A stretch of 48,061 nucleotides of DNA, filler included, from Stramenopiles sp. TOSAG23-2 (lineage: Eukaryota), in NCBI GenBank assembly GCA_900128395.1. It is 2 parts of 2 records of this genome, joined end to end, with 100 filler letters (N's around TTAATTAATTAA, not from the genome) between each part and the next. Parts side by side here need not be neighbours in the genome. Positions count along the whole stretch, not along the records: positions 1 to 24,002 come from LT649474.1; positions 24,103 to 48,061 come from LT649475.1. One strand, 5' to 3'. This document shows, in pieces, positions 22,701 through 32,012 of this stretch (position 1 is the stretch's first letter; each line of letters opens with the position of its first letter). The notes under the pieces are model-generated. The model had not been told where the DNA came from. It was given only the letters and a program-made list of their open reading frames with translations, and made no database searches. The position numbers were made by a program, and so were the translations under genes.

Positions 22701-23880
22701 ATGATAATGGTGGCGGGGACATTGCATTCAAAACAGTATCATCAAAATCAACTGCATCTTCCACATTTTTATATCGAATAGTTGTATCATTCCATGAGTC
22801 TAGGTCATAAAGTTCATTTTGTTCTAAAATTTTCTTTGTAGTAGTCTTATATAATTCTTCGTGTGCATTCAAATCATCTTTTGTGATTGAATGTTGCATT
22901 TCATCTACATGATCTAATTTCTTCCATGCAATATACGACCTCGCAATTGATTCTTCAAGCGAACGTACTTTTGCATTTAATTTACGTTGTTTAAAGCTTG
23001 ATGTTGTTGCATTTAAGATTTCATCATCGCCAAATTTATCTTTTGCTTTTCTCTCTTCTTCTTCCTTTTCTTTCTGTTTAGTAAATTCTCCCCTTTCAAC
23101 CATAGCTTGTTCTAGATTTGCTTCTAACGCTTTTATTCTATCATGTAATACTTTTTGTTGTTCCTCTACATCTTCTTTAGTAAATGTATTTTCTGGTCGT
23201 TTTTTCTTCCTTTTCTGTCTTTTTTTCTTTTTCGATTTTAGCTTTGAAATGGTTTTCAACCCAATTAATTGAGGTTTTTTATTGGTTACATTGTTATTAT
23301 TATTATTTACATTTGTAGTATCATTTTTTATTTGATCAGGGTTTCTTGCATTTGTTGTTTCTTCGTCTTCTTCTTCTTCTTCCTCCACCTCCTCCTCCCC
23401 CTCTTCGATATCTTCATCAATATCACCCATCATACTATCACCCATACCACGATCATGAACCCATTTTTTTACTGCATTATAGGAAAAATCTTCATCTTCA
23501 TCCAATATGACATCATCATATAAAACAATATTATCTTCATGTTCATAATCATCACTTACATTACTGTTATTATTACTATGATCACTACCATACATATTTT
23601 CACCATTATCATCATCACTTTGTAATCCATCATCGTCCATATCTATGTTGTAAGTTTCTCCATCATTATCTTTATATGAAAGTATCGATAGCTTCTTTTT
23701 CTTCTTCTCTACACCATGCTCAACTACATGTTCTAAATCTTTTACTGTAATAAATCTTTTATTTCCACTTATTTTGAAAAAATACGCTTCACTAGTACCG
23801 GATGATAATAACGGTACTAAATTAAATAAAAATGGTCGTGAAATAATTTCTTGCACGACATCACTACGATCTTTTGCTAA
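19711..23880 (-). CDS. Large acidic/coiled-coil protein, 5'-truncated; probable N-terminal EF-hand, possible SH3-like and C-terminal prealbumin/CnaB-like domains
   Basis: About 1390 open codons. The ORF-track N-terminus (MRCKMTSS) is artefactual: the true upstream coding sequence appears inverted at 23881-24002. C-terminal AYTDKNGIYKPFNVGPGIYFIQVED resembles a carboxypeptidase-regulatory-like fold. Confidence 0.8.
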   Translation of the reverse strand, partial: LAKDRSDVVQEIISRPFLFNLVPLLSSGTSEAYFFKISGNKRFITVKDLEHVVEHGVEKKKKKLSILSYKDNDGETYNIDMDDDGLQSDDDNGENMYGSDHSNNNSNVSDDYEHEDNIVLYDDVILDEDEDFSYNAVKKWVHDRGMGDSMMGDIDEDIEEGEEEVEEEEEEDEETTNARNPDQIKNDTTNVNNNNNNVTNKKPQLIGLKTISKLKSKKKKRQKRKKKRPENTFTKEDVEEQQKVLHDRIKALEANLEQAMVERGEFTKQKEKEEEERKAKDKFGDDEILNATTSSFKQRKLNAKVRSLEESIARSYIAWKKLDHVDEMQHSITKDDLNAHEELYKTTTKKILEQNELYDLDSWNDTTIRYKNVEDAVDFDDTVLNAMSPPPLSSTSTNGQNDVDTNNDEEEDPISDLDDDDEDFSMEAVKKWTNIMFKKENKWQQKVRKMKMKGLHKVIAAKGDDEPSIQLNTDDNNKEEKVQLNHEKNIIANKNLEQEGDVDPALKQRLTATKKQQHSEDDSAKENKEDETLLDSNEDPDQIIQNISKNLDHNMEFVKEEVEIEHDKHHQHLKDRLKAKKQKKIEDKKRMEKEKIKNQHQIDQAEQEAYDTINEAKHNEEDAIKSKHDQLMEKLKQKKEMKQHAKEKTNKKVDEELRKMKETLMNVDQDAKGDMEHHHDLLQKRLEKKKQQKAEKANQYNNKIDNHIDRIHDAETNAKKKAEDDAKTNHEKLREKLKRKRRQKERELEKQKEDKAKERALANVPPLDLSATTNDTPTKNLIDKESLHFLSLLKQKLHRRQSLAPEDENNIKDNGQNDDDKAMMEQPEDDEPTQINDNMLEEEHYPVNNNDSNDITKANTLANATNRLSLSTAIRLKKLLKRRKDQDDKANRVTTTKQHPSGALTNSKNNNVRLQPLTSYNDYNNNAENNVEIIMPIRFDAKTATNTVFFDKRFIPQATHQTRVTIRFPILENGIYKGTCGVLFAGQELRAKEIIGTTWLQLEDPFQNSWIRLKNPLDANNEWIIEKEFDIVTKALPFTPDPMQQNVIRKTVEQIELLENSYSILEHDTKRVKKGLQVVSKAMKLPDINKNDNVYDIHEALNSASKAIEALELGGEVKERNDVSQAHDDGDEGEEDTILELNNEEEADDFLNDIGGLWMMKKEKKLSKSMPSLMNIDSIPIINEHSRKGISPKRNVHSNISHSASMIEIIPSKQTKIIDIMSKKIKPKDEKVSTVVGKLLNDVCMALNQASNPSTLMYTSSLPMVRIYIGTSNSKNNNYNDDSDNDNDYKNSRVVKDDSQHKYFVRVVMCKDNVTSLNISDIPSMGNIICSAYTDKNGIYKPFNVGPGIYFIQVEDHASLVSSIVSQKILVMRNDELSMDKQIVEVRFF

Positions 23881-24002
23881 AAAGTTAGAAGATGAAACAG
23901 ATGAAGTCATTTTACACCGCATATTCAGTATATTAGATAGAAGTAAAACTGGTAGATTGGTTCGTTCTGATATAACAGTATTAGCAAAAGATCGTAGTGA
24001 TG

Positions 24003-24102
24003 NNNNNNNNNNNNNNNNNNNNNNNNNNNNNNNNNNNNNNNNNNNNTTAATTAATTAANNNNNNNNNNNNNNNNNNNNNNNNNNNNNNNNNNNNNNNNNN
24101 NN
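24003..24102. other. Artificial contig-joining spacer (44 N + TTAATTAATTAA + 44 N)
   Basis: Symmetric 100-nt gap with a palindromic 12-mer at 24047-24058 that gives stops in all six frames. Confidence 0.97.
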
Positions 24103-24565
24103 CCAGAAATTCTGCTATCCCTAATTTCTGAAAACAAGAAATGTCAAAATTATTTTGCCAATTGATAGGAAAAATGGTATACTAGTGGAGCCTAACTTTA
24201 AAAAGGTATTTTCAATGTTTTTCCTTTGTTTTCATGTAATGAACTGAAAAATCCATCACCATAACAATGAATTACTAAAATTTAGGTTGAAAATGTTGAA
24301 AATGATGAAATTTGATGAAAAATATGCGAGATATAATGGTGTGTACCTGAAAAGGGTAGCTACTGTAATTTTAACCTAATAAGATTATTGCACGATTCTC
24401 GTATGTATTATTATTATTATTTGAAATTATTATTATTTCAACAATAATTCTTAAAAATACATTTATTAATATTTTAAAATATCTTATTGTGTAGCTATTC
24501 TGCTACAGTATTATATGAGTTTCATACATTTACAAAAGTATCCACAAAAGTGAAATACAACTGAC

Positions 24566-27130
24566 ATGGCGGACGCATGGACACTTACTCCTGAGAACGG
24601 AAAAAATAGAAACAGAAATCGATACAGTAGCAATAATAATAACAATAACAATAATATTTATAATAATGTAAAACAACAGGAAAATGTAAAGAATAATAAT
24701 AATAATAATAACAATTCTAGAATTAACAATTCTAGAATTGTTGGGTCTAAACGAAGAAAGCAAATAGGTCAACCGTGTAAACAAGCATATTTTCTTTTAT
24801 TTTTTGTGATAATGCTTGTCATATTATTTTACTTACATATTTTTCAAAATTTTAGCAGAAACATATCTAAGGGAATTGCGTATATTGGACAAGAATTCGA
24901 TGCTAATGTTAATAGTTACAAACGTAATTATACGAAATATGTTGCACCAGCTGCTCCATTGGCATATGCTATACCAGTTGGTGGCAAAACGCAAAGATTA
25001 CATTTATTGAAAAGATTATTGGAAAGTTTATTAATACAAAATGTGAATCCAGCCGATATATTCGTATTCGAAGACGATACTAGTAGACCAAAATCTTTTT
25101 TTGCATCAAAAACATTCCGTAAAAATCCTCAAGAAGAATTGGAAAATTTATGTAAATTATACAAAGTTCATTTATTAAAATCGCATGTTGTTCGTAATCG
25201 GAAAGAAAAACGAAATGAATTTGGTCTATTTCTCGCTAGACATTATCATTTCATGTTGGATACTTTATTGTATGATAGAAAATCAAAACCGACGTATACT
25301 ATAAGCTTAAAGAATAAATATTTATTTGGTCATGGTGATCCTAGGCAAAAAGAATATGATGAAAATATCAATAGTAAATATATAAATTATTATGAATATG
25401 TCGTAATCTTAGAGGATGATTTGGAATTAGCAAATGATGCAGTTAATTTTTTTAATAGTATGTCATGGCCAATGTCAAAAGATAAAAGTATATTTTGTGC
25501 ATGTGCACATCAAGATAATGCATACCATGCATTATCGACGGAAAAATTAAGAAACAGAAACAACCAAAATAAACTACTATCTGACGAACCACAATTTCTA
25601 TTTAGACGAGGTGAACATTTTATGGCACCCGGTAAGTAAATTCTATTCCCCTAAAAAGGATATATATCCTCTCTCTAACACATCACTCATTCATATGCGC
25701 TATTAATATGCTCCAGGATGGATGACAAGTAAAACAACATATAATAATATAATTCGTCCGACGTGGTTTGATATACACGGTGAATTACTTCCATGGGCAC
25801 GCAAACGTTTATATAATGGAAATTGGGATACTTATTTAGACTTTCGTGTAGAAGGTATGGAATGTATATATCCAACTATACCTCGTATCGTAAGTTTTTC
25901 TTCTTTTTTTTATATGGGGCATATATATATATTTTTGCTAACATCAAGATATTTATTCGTATTTATATTTATAATAATCATGATGCACAGGCGCATAGAG
26001 GTGCACAAGGTTACACAGTACGAAAAGATCGCCAAGATGCCGTGTTTGGAAGTTTACGTTTAAGTAAGGGTGACTCAAGTATCAAAACTGGATTGGCATA
26101 TAAAAAAGAAGCAATGAATCTAATCCATTATACATATGATGATAATATATATAAATTTATTAAAACTGCACGTGTGGTTACATGTTTAGAGGAAATCGAA
26201 AATAATATACGAAATACTAATGTTGTCTATCATCTTGTTGCTACGAGTAAAAAGGATCGGCAATGGGCATTACTATTCACTGGTAAACTTGGTGCCATAT
26301 CAGTTGGTGGACATACTGCGAGAATGCGAGGTATACATAGTGGAACGGTTTTTATTCATTACATGTCAAATTTAATTCTAGTAGTTGCAACATATTCACC
26401 ATATTCAAATGCAGTTTCAATGAAAAAAGAAAATGATAATAATTATATCATTCCAAATTTCTTAGGTTGTTACAAGGATAGTGTATCAAATAGAGATTTA
26501 CCAGTTGTAAAAGAGATTACAGGTATGGTGCGAGGAAAGATTCCTATTGCCTCGGAAATATGCTCCTGCGAATGTAAAGGTTTTAAATATTTTGGTTTAC
26601 AAAATGGTGGGGAATGTTTTTGTGGAAATTCATTTGGTACACATGGTGTTGATAAAGACAATATATGTAAGAAAAAATGTTTATCAAATGATGATGATGA
26701 TGATACAAAAATATTTTGTGGTGGTCCTTTATCCAATGCTATATACGATCGTACGATGACATTTCAAAGGGAGGAAAAAAACATAGAAGCAAAGAAACTT
26801 GCTAATGATGAACCAATAATAGTTTCAAACCTTGGAGAATCATGCACAGATGCATGTATTAGAACAAACGGCATTTGTTATGATGATTTATTACCACGAT
26901 TATTATTTACTGGGGTTGACGAATTATTGCAAAAAAAATTAAATTGTAAAATCAATATGATAAAAGATGGTTCATCAACAAAATATCGTAATGTTGCACC
27001 AGCTCTGCATATGCATAATGGTGTAAATATTTGTTATACAACTATTGTCAGACATTTAATGTGCAAAGCAAAGATTGGAAACGTTCAACGTTTATGTGTA
27101 TGTGCCATTGGAAGTTCTTCTGAAAAGTAA
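24566..27130 (+). CDS. GT13-family (GnT-I/POMGnT1-like) N-acetylglucosaminyltransferase with WSC and C-terminal Cys-rich domains; 3 exons (24566-25631, 25717-25889, 25991-27130)
   Basis: Type II TM anchor; VVILEDDLELANDAVNFF (EDD motif). Introns 25632-25716 (GTAAGT..CTCTAAC..CAG) and 25890-25990 (GTAAGT..GCTAAC..CAG) restore FRRGEHFMAPGWMT and ECIYPTIPRIAHRGAQG, matching GnT-I motifs. WSC: FLGCYKD...YFGLQNGGECFCGN...CGGPLSNAIY. Confidence 0.9.
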
Positions 27131-27635
27131 TAAAAGAGATTACAGGTATGGTGCGAGGAAAGAGGGAGTATTCATTATATGATATTATATGATACGTGAG
27201 AAGGGGGTCTTTATATCTCCCTGCTAAATTATTGCCTATATATATAGTTATATATATTTCTTAGACTACACACCACTTTTTTTTTTCAATAATAAATTGT
27301 TGTTATTGCAACAAATTGCAATAATCATCATCCGGCAATTGCCTTCAATAATAATTAATAATCCAAATTCAATTAAAAATATATAAAATTGAAATATTAC
27401 ATTTTATATTATACATTATCATGTATGTAAAACAAACAAGATATACTTACATGTACAACCATGAAACCAGCAAACCTGATAAAAGCCACTTCTTCATTCA
27501 ATTCAATTCAAGATTCAAGATAGACTTGAAATATAAATATTATATATTTACATTATCATACATGATATATAATATGTAAAACAATATACAATAATACAAT
27601 AAATACGTACGTACATAAGAAATTTAACAAGTATA

Positions 27636-28817
27636 ATGAAAAAAAATATAAATAGAATATTTCGACGTCATATGAGTGTCTTTCGTCGTAATCCAGTCAC
27701 CGAGCAAATTGTTGTATTTGCAAGTGATCGTGATAATCGACCAAGACAAACTATTGATAGTTCAAAAGTTAAGCAATTTTCACATGAGCAACCAGAGCAT
27801 CTTGAAACATGTCCATTTTGTACAGGGAATGAATCAAAAACACCACCAACATTATTTGAAATCAAAGATCCAGGCACTGGAAAATGGAAAACAAGAGTTG
27901 TAAATAATAAATTTCCTGCAGTGATGCCACCAAGGAAAAATACATCTGCTGATGAAGAGCATAAATTATTAATTCATTCCAATATGTTAAATGCAGAACG
28001 TCCAGCGATTGGATATCATGAAGTAATTATTGAAAGTCCACGCCATAATGCTGTAACGTCAAAAGGGAAAAGAGAAGATATAAAACGTTTAGTATTAAGT
28101 TGGTGGAATCGTGGGAATGCGTTGAAGGATGATCCATCAATTCAACATGTTTTGTATTTTAAAAATCAAGGCAGCGTTGCTGGTGCTTCGTTGGTTCATC
28201 CGCATGCCCAAATAGTTGCTTTACCATTTGTGAGTCGTGATGTTAGAGTTGGGCAATTAAGTAATTTAAATTATTTCCTTGATAATGGTATAAGTGTATT
28301 TCAAAAAATGATTGAAGAAGAAATGTTTGCACGTGATAAATATAATGATGGTCAAGATGATGGTTATCGAATTATTGAAGAAAATGACAATTTTATATCC
28401 ATCATTCCATATGCTGCAATTTCTCCTTTCAATTTATGGATTATTCCATTGTATCCTAGTGCACATTTTACAAGTATCACTATGCAAGAATTAGATTCAT
28501 TCAGTGAAATATTATGGAGTTCGTTGAGACGATTAGATATTGTTCTAAATGAACCAGATTTCAATTTATTAATAAAATCAGCTCCGTTACAACATCGTCA
28601 TAAACAAGCAGCGTTTAATGCCAATACCTATTTCAGATGGTATTGCTCTATCACACCACGGCTTGGTGCAGGTGCAATGGCAGGATTTGAACTTGGAAGC
28701 GGGATATTTAGTAATGGGAATTTACCAGAAGATGATGCACATGCTTTAAGAGAATGTATGCCAGAAGATTTCAATCGATTCTCTAGGTCTTCATCGCGTA
28801 ATTTTGATTTTCATTGA
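27636..28817 (+). CDS. GALT: Galactose-1-phosphate uridylyltransferase family (GalT / ADP-glucose phosphorylase-like)
   Basis: RRNPVT..., CPFCTGNE, RVVNNKFPA, GYHEVIIESPRH, FKNQGSVAGASLVHPHAQ (HxHxQ nucleotidylation motif), AGFELGSGIFSN. Confidence 0.92.
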   Translation: MKKNINRIFRRHMSVFRRNPVTEQIVVFASDRDNRPRQTIDSSKVKQFSHEQPEHLETCPFCTGNESKTPPTLFEIKDPGTGKWKTRVVNNKFPAVMPPRKNTSADEEHKLLIHSNMLNAERPAIGYHEVIIESPRHNAVTSKGKREDIKRLVLSWWNRGNALKDDPSIQHVLYFKNQGSVAGASLVHPHAQIVALPFVSRDVRVGQLSNLNYFLDNGISVFQKMIEEEMFARDKYNDGQDDGYRIIEENDNFISIIPYAAISPFNLWIIPLYPSAHFTSITMQELDSFSEILWSSLRRLDIVLNEPDFNLLIKSAPLQHRHKQAAFNANTYFRWYCSITPRLGAGAMAGFELGSGIFSNGNLPEDDAHALRECMPEDFNRFSRSSSRNFDFH

Positions 28818-29190
28818 GTTTTAAAATTGTTGATGTGTTTTTTGCTTGTGTAAATACGAATAAAAAATAAGACACTGTGGTCTGTGTAAAAATAATTATA
28901 TATAAAAATTAAAAAAAGAAAAACAAATGTGTTATAAAAAATTAAAATAATAGTGTACCACGTATTTTTATAAAATAATTAATGCATTTTAACTTAAAAA
29001 ATTTTTTAAATTTACTCCACATCATGATAATTCCTACTCTCCAGAAAAAAGAATATTTTAAAAATATTAAAAAATTAAAAAAATATATTTTTTATATTTT
29101 TAAAAAAAAAGAAATATTAATATTTTATATGTGTGAATATTCATATTGTATTTATCATATTCGTATTTCTCTCAATATCCCTGTACAAAT

Positions 29191-29973
29191 TTACAACACA
29201 ACACATTCTGTAATTTCCTTCTTATCACTCATTGATATACCATATAAATATACCATCGTAATTATTGGTGAACCCAAAAATCTATCTTGTGTTTGTATAA
29301 ATACTTTTTTTAATATAGATTTTTGACCTGCTATAATTATTTGAGCGATTATTGATGTACCACTATTATTTGAATTATTTGTATCCCTACCTATGGTAAT
29401 AGGACGATCGGGCAAAAAATTTAATTTAAATTTCATCGAGGAGGAAATAACATCAATATCACTACCACTTTTTTTATTATCCATGACTATTCCATATGAT
29501 AATTTTTCATAATATGACATTTCTTCTCTATGTTCTGTTTGATATATTTTATCATTTTCAATATAAGTTTGTTCTAACCAACGACGGTCTAATACTAAAA
29601 AGTATGAATCAATAGGACATGGTCTAATACTTTCAACATCCCATGATTTCTTATAACCAAACAATATTACATTGTAATTTTTGGAACGTACTATGCAAAA
29701 TAAATACGATGTATCATCATTTGAATGATCTTGTACATGTCGTTCAATTTGAAAGTCAATGTATGGATGATAAAATGATGCAATTGGATTTTCCCCTTGA
29801 TTTGGTTCAACGATAGATTTTTTTGGTGATTTTTTTCTAGTAAACCCAGACACTTTCATTTCCAAACCATTGTATTCCATCGATTGAATATTACTATCAT
29901 CGTTTTTCTTGTTGTTGTTTCTATTATTGAAATTATTATTATCATCATTATTATTATTATTACTTAACATCAT
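29191..29973 (-). CDS. DUF4833-like protein with an Asn-rich N-terminus
   Basis: LFCIVRSKNYNVILF...IDSYFL...EEMSYYEKLSYGI...LKKVFIQ...GSPIITMVYLYG...ITECV resembles the DUF4833 pattern as recalled. Confidence 0.7.
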   Translation of the reverse strand: MMLSNNNNNDDNNNFNNRNNNKKNDDSNIQSMEYNGLEMKVSGFTRKKSPKKSIVEPNQGENPIASFYHPYIDFQIERHVQDHSNDDTSYLFCIVRSKNYNVILFGYKKSWDVESIRPCPIDSYFLVLDRRWLEQTYIENDKIYQTEHREEMSYYEKLSYGIVMDNKKSGSDIDVISSSMKFKLNFLPDRPITIGRDTNNSNNSGTSIIAQIIIAGQKSILKKVFIQTQDRFLGSPIITMVYLYGISMSDKKEITECVVL

Positions 29974-30450
29974 CTTGCATTAATTAATTATGCAATGCAC
30001 CAATGATAATCACACTATATAATCATAAATAAATGATTATCTATACGTTGTAAAATCTATACACCAGCACGACAAGCTTTCTGAAATGATTTATCTTGTT
30101 CTATTTCTACACTTCTTATCCTATAATTTAAAAAAGTGTATTTGTGCGTGTCTTATATGTACAATTGTATAATACAGTACACATTGCCAGTTGTTTGTTT
30201 ATGTCATATGTCATCATGGATTCCAGATTCCAAAAACTGATTTTTTAAATTTTAATATACTAAAAGTATAAAATATTACCTATGTAAAATAGTTAAGTTT
30301 TACGCATACCATAATTTATTTTTAATTTACTCATGATAATTCCTACTGGCCTACTCTTCAAATTATATATAATATTTAAAAAGAAGAAAAACAAACCATT
30401 TGGAAGATTATACGAATAGAAAAAATGTGAAGAGTACTACGTACTTATTT

Positions 30451-31641
30451 TTATATCTCTTTCTCCTTCTTCTTACTATCACATAGAAAACTTGTACACA
30501 TTTTTAAAATATATAAGAACCAATACATGTTCAATAAACATGGCAAGTATAATGTCGAAGTTGATATTAATCGTAACCAAAATGGCAAAGAGGAATGCTG
30601 CCATGTATTTGATGCATACAACCCAAATAAGACATACGGCATAGTAATTATCCTCGCAAATGTAAATACCAATACAAACGTAACAGTTGCGATTAGCCAC
30701 TCGATTTCTTTGCCATAAATTGATCTTAAATACCATCTTACATGAATTAAAGGCGAGGAAAATTCAGTTGCTATGAAATACAGTAGAAAGAAATTTCCTA
30801 GGCCATAACAAATTGCAATTGGCCATACAATAATTGATATTAAATGGTGTAAAATCATCACAAATTCAAATACAGCTTGAATTCTATAATTGTACAGATC
30901 CCATGTAAAATAACCAACACACATAGTGACTAAGAAACTACAATATGTTGATTCTTGTATTAAAAATATCTTTTCATACAGAGCATCATAATTAAATTGC
31001 ATACAATGTTGTAGTATATCGTACATAGCAGCATCATAAAATAAAGCATAGATTGCAACAGCGGAACCAAAAGCCGCATGAACGACGCAAATGCAATTAA
31101 TTGCAACCGCAGTTCGAAAGCGTCCTGGTGTCAACTTGCTTTTGCTATCGAATAATTTGGGCTGTTCGGGTAGAAATTTTAGCAACAATTGAAAAATAAT
31201 TTCAAACAAAATAAAAAAAACTATTATCCTTGATATCACTACTGGCGACTGTGGTTCTTCAGTTTCTTCATCGAAAAAATCTTCATCCTCATCATATTCT
31301 TCATTTGAATACAGATCATAGTCATCACCACCAATATCAAATCCAATTTTTGTTACAGCTGTTATTGGATCAAACCATTTCGAATTTAATTTTGGATCAA
31401 CTTTTTCATATTTAACATGCTCTAAACTTGACTCTTGTTTGTCCCTTGCTTTTTGTTCCTCTTCGCTGAGTTTCTGTTCATTGCTATCACTAATACCAGA
31501 ATCGTCTTTCATAATTCCATCTTCTATTTGTTTATCATCTTTTGGCTCAACATCTGGAAATTGAGGTGGTGGGCCACTTGCTGAGCCAGCTTCTTCTTTT
31601 ATCCAAACTGTCTCCTCAAGCCAGCTTCTTCTTTTATCCAA
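30451..31641 (-). CDS. TLC (TRAM/LAG1/CLN8) domain membrane protein, TMEM56/TLCD4-like; N-terminus uncertain
   Basis: GYFTWDL, MILHHLIS, ATEFSSPLIHVRWYL, FTFARI, LNMYWFLYILK, Lys-rich C-terminus. The annotated start is a TTG inside a 35-bp duplication, so the real start is unclear. Confidence 0.85.
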   Translation of the reverse strand: MDKRRSWLEETVWIKEEAGSASGPPPQFPDVEPKDDKQIEDGIMKDDSGISDSNEQKLSEEEQKARDKQESSLEHVKYEKVDPKLNSKWFDPITAVTKIGFDIGGDDYDLYSNEEYDEDEDFFDEETEEPQSPVVISRIIVFFILFEIIFQLLLKFLPEQPKLFDSKSKLTPGRFRTAVAINCICVVHAAFGSAVAIYALFYDAAMYDILQHCMQFNYDALYEKIFLIQESTYCSFLVTMCVGYFTWDLYNYRIQAVFEFVMILHHLISIIVWPIAICYGLGNFFLLYFIATEFSSPLIHVRWYLRSIYGKEIEWLIATVTFVLVFTFARIITMPYVLFGLYASNTWQHSSLPFWLRLISTSTLYLPCLLNMYWFLYILKMCTSFLCDSKKKEKEI

Positions 31642-31653
31642 ACTGTCTCCTCA
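31584..31653. repeat. 35-bp perfect tandem duplication
   Basis: AGCCAGCTTCTTCTTTTATCCAAACTGTCTCCTCA x2. Confidence 0.95.
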
Positions 31654-32011
31654 AAAAAAATAGAAAAACATACAACCGCCCCAATGAGCAACTAATAAAA
31701 GAACTAGTAGCAAACGTAGCAATTTGAATATACTTTTATATTTAAGATGAGACATAAATTGGATAATTCGCGAAACACGCAAAAGGCGAGGCAGCTTTAG
31801 CCCGCGTACTAAGTGATTGTATTATATAGTATGTGCAGCGTAACACGTGTGAATAAGTAATGTTTGTTAGAGACATGTCTTCTATAATAATTTGGGGGGG
31901 GGGGGGGGGGTTAGCTTCAGCACCTTGGGAATCCTCGCTGAAAAATATAAATGAAAAAATTTCAAATGGAAAAGCACTGATTGCATCAATAGCAAACCAA
32001 CCACCTGGATA
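31584..32011 (-). pseudogene. Disrupted fragment (S3-S4-S5) of a CNBD-family (EAG/HCN/CNG-like) voltage-gated cation channel
   Basis: Manual minus-strand translation: 32011-31910 YPGGWFAIDAISAFPFEIFSFIFFSEDSQGAEAN (S3); 31808-31654 (L)RGLKLPRLLRVSRIIQFMSHLKYKSIFKLLRLLLVLLLVAHWGGCMFFYFF then TGA (S4 sensor + S5), followed by frameshifted EETVWIKEEAG. Confidence 0.85.
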
Positions 32012-32012
32012 A

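Noticed and set aside
1..28817. A single large glycan gene cluster (GT41, GH20, GT13, GalT)
   Set aside because: The two pairs are on different contigs separated by an artificial linker.
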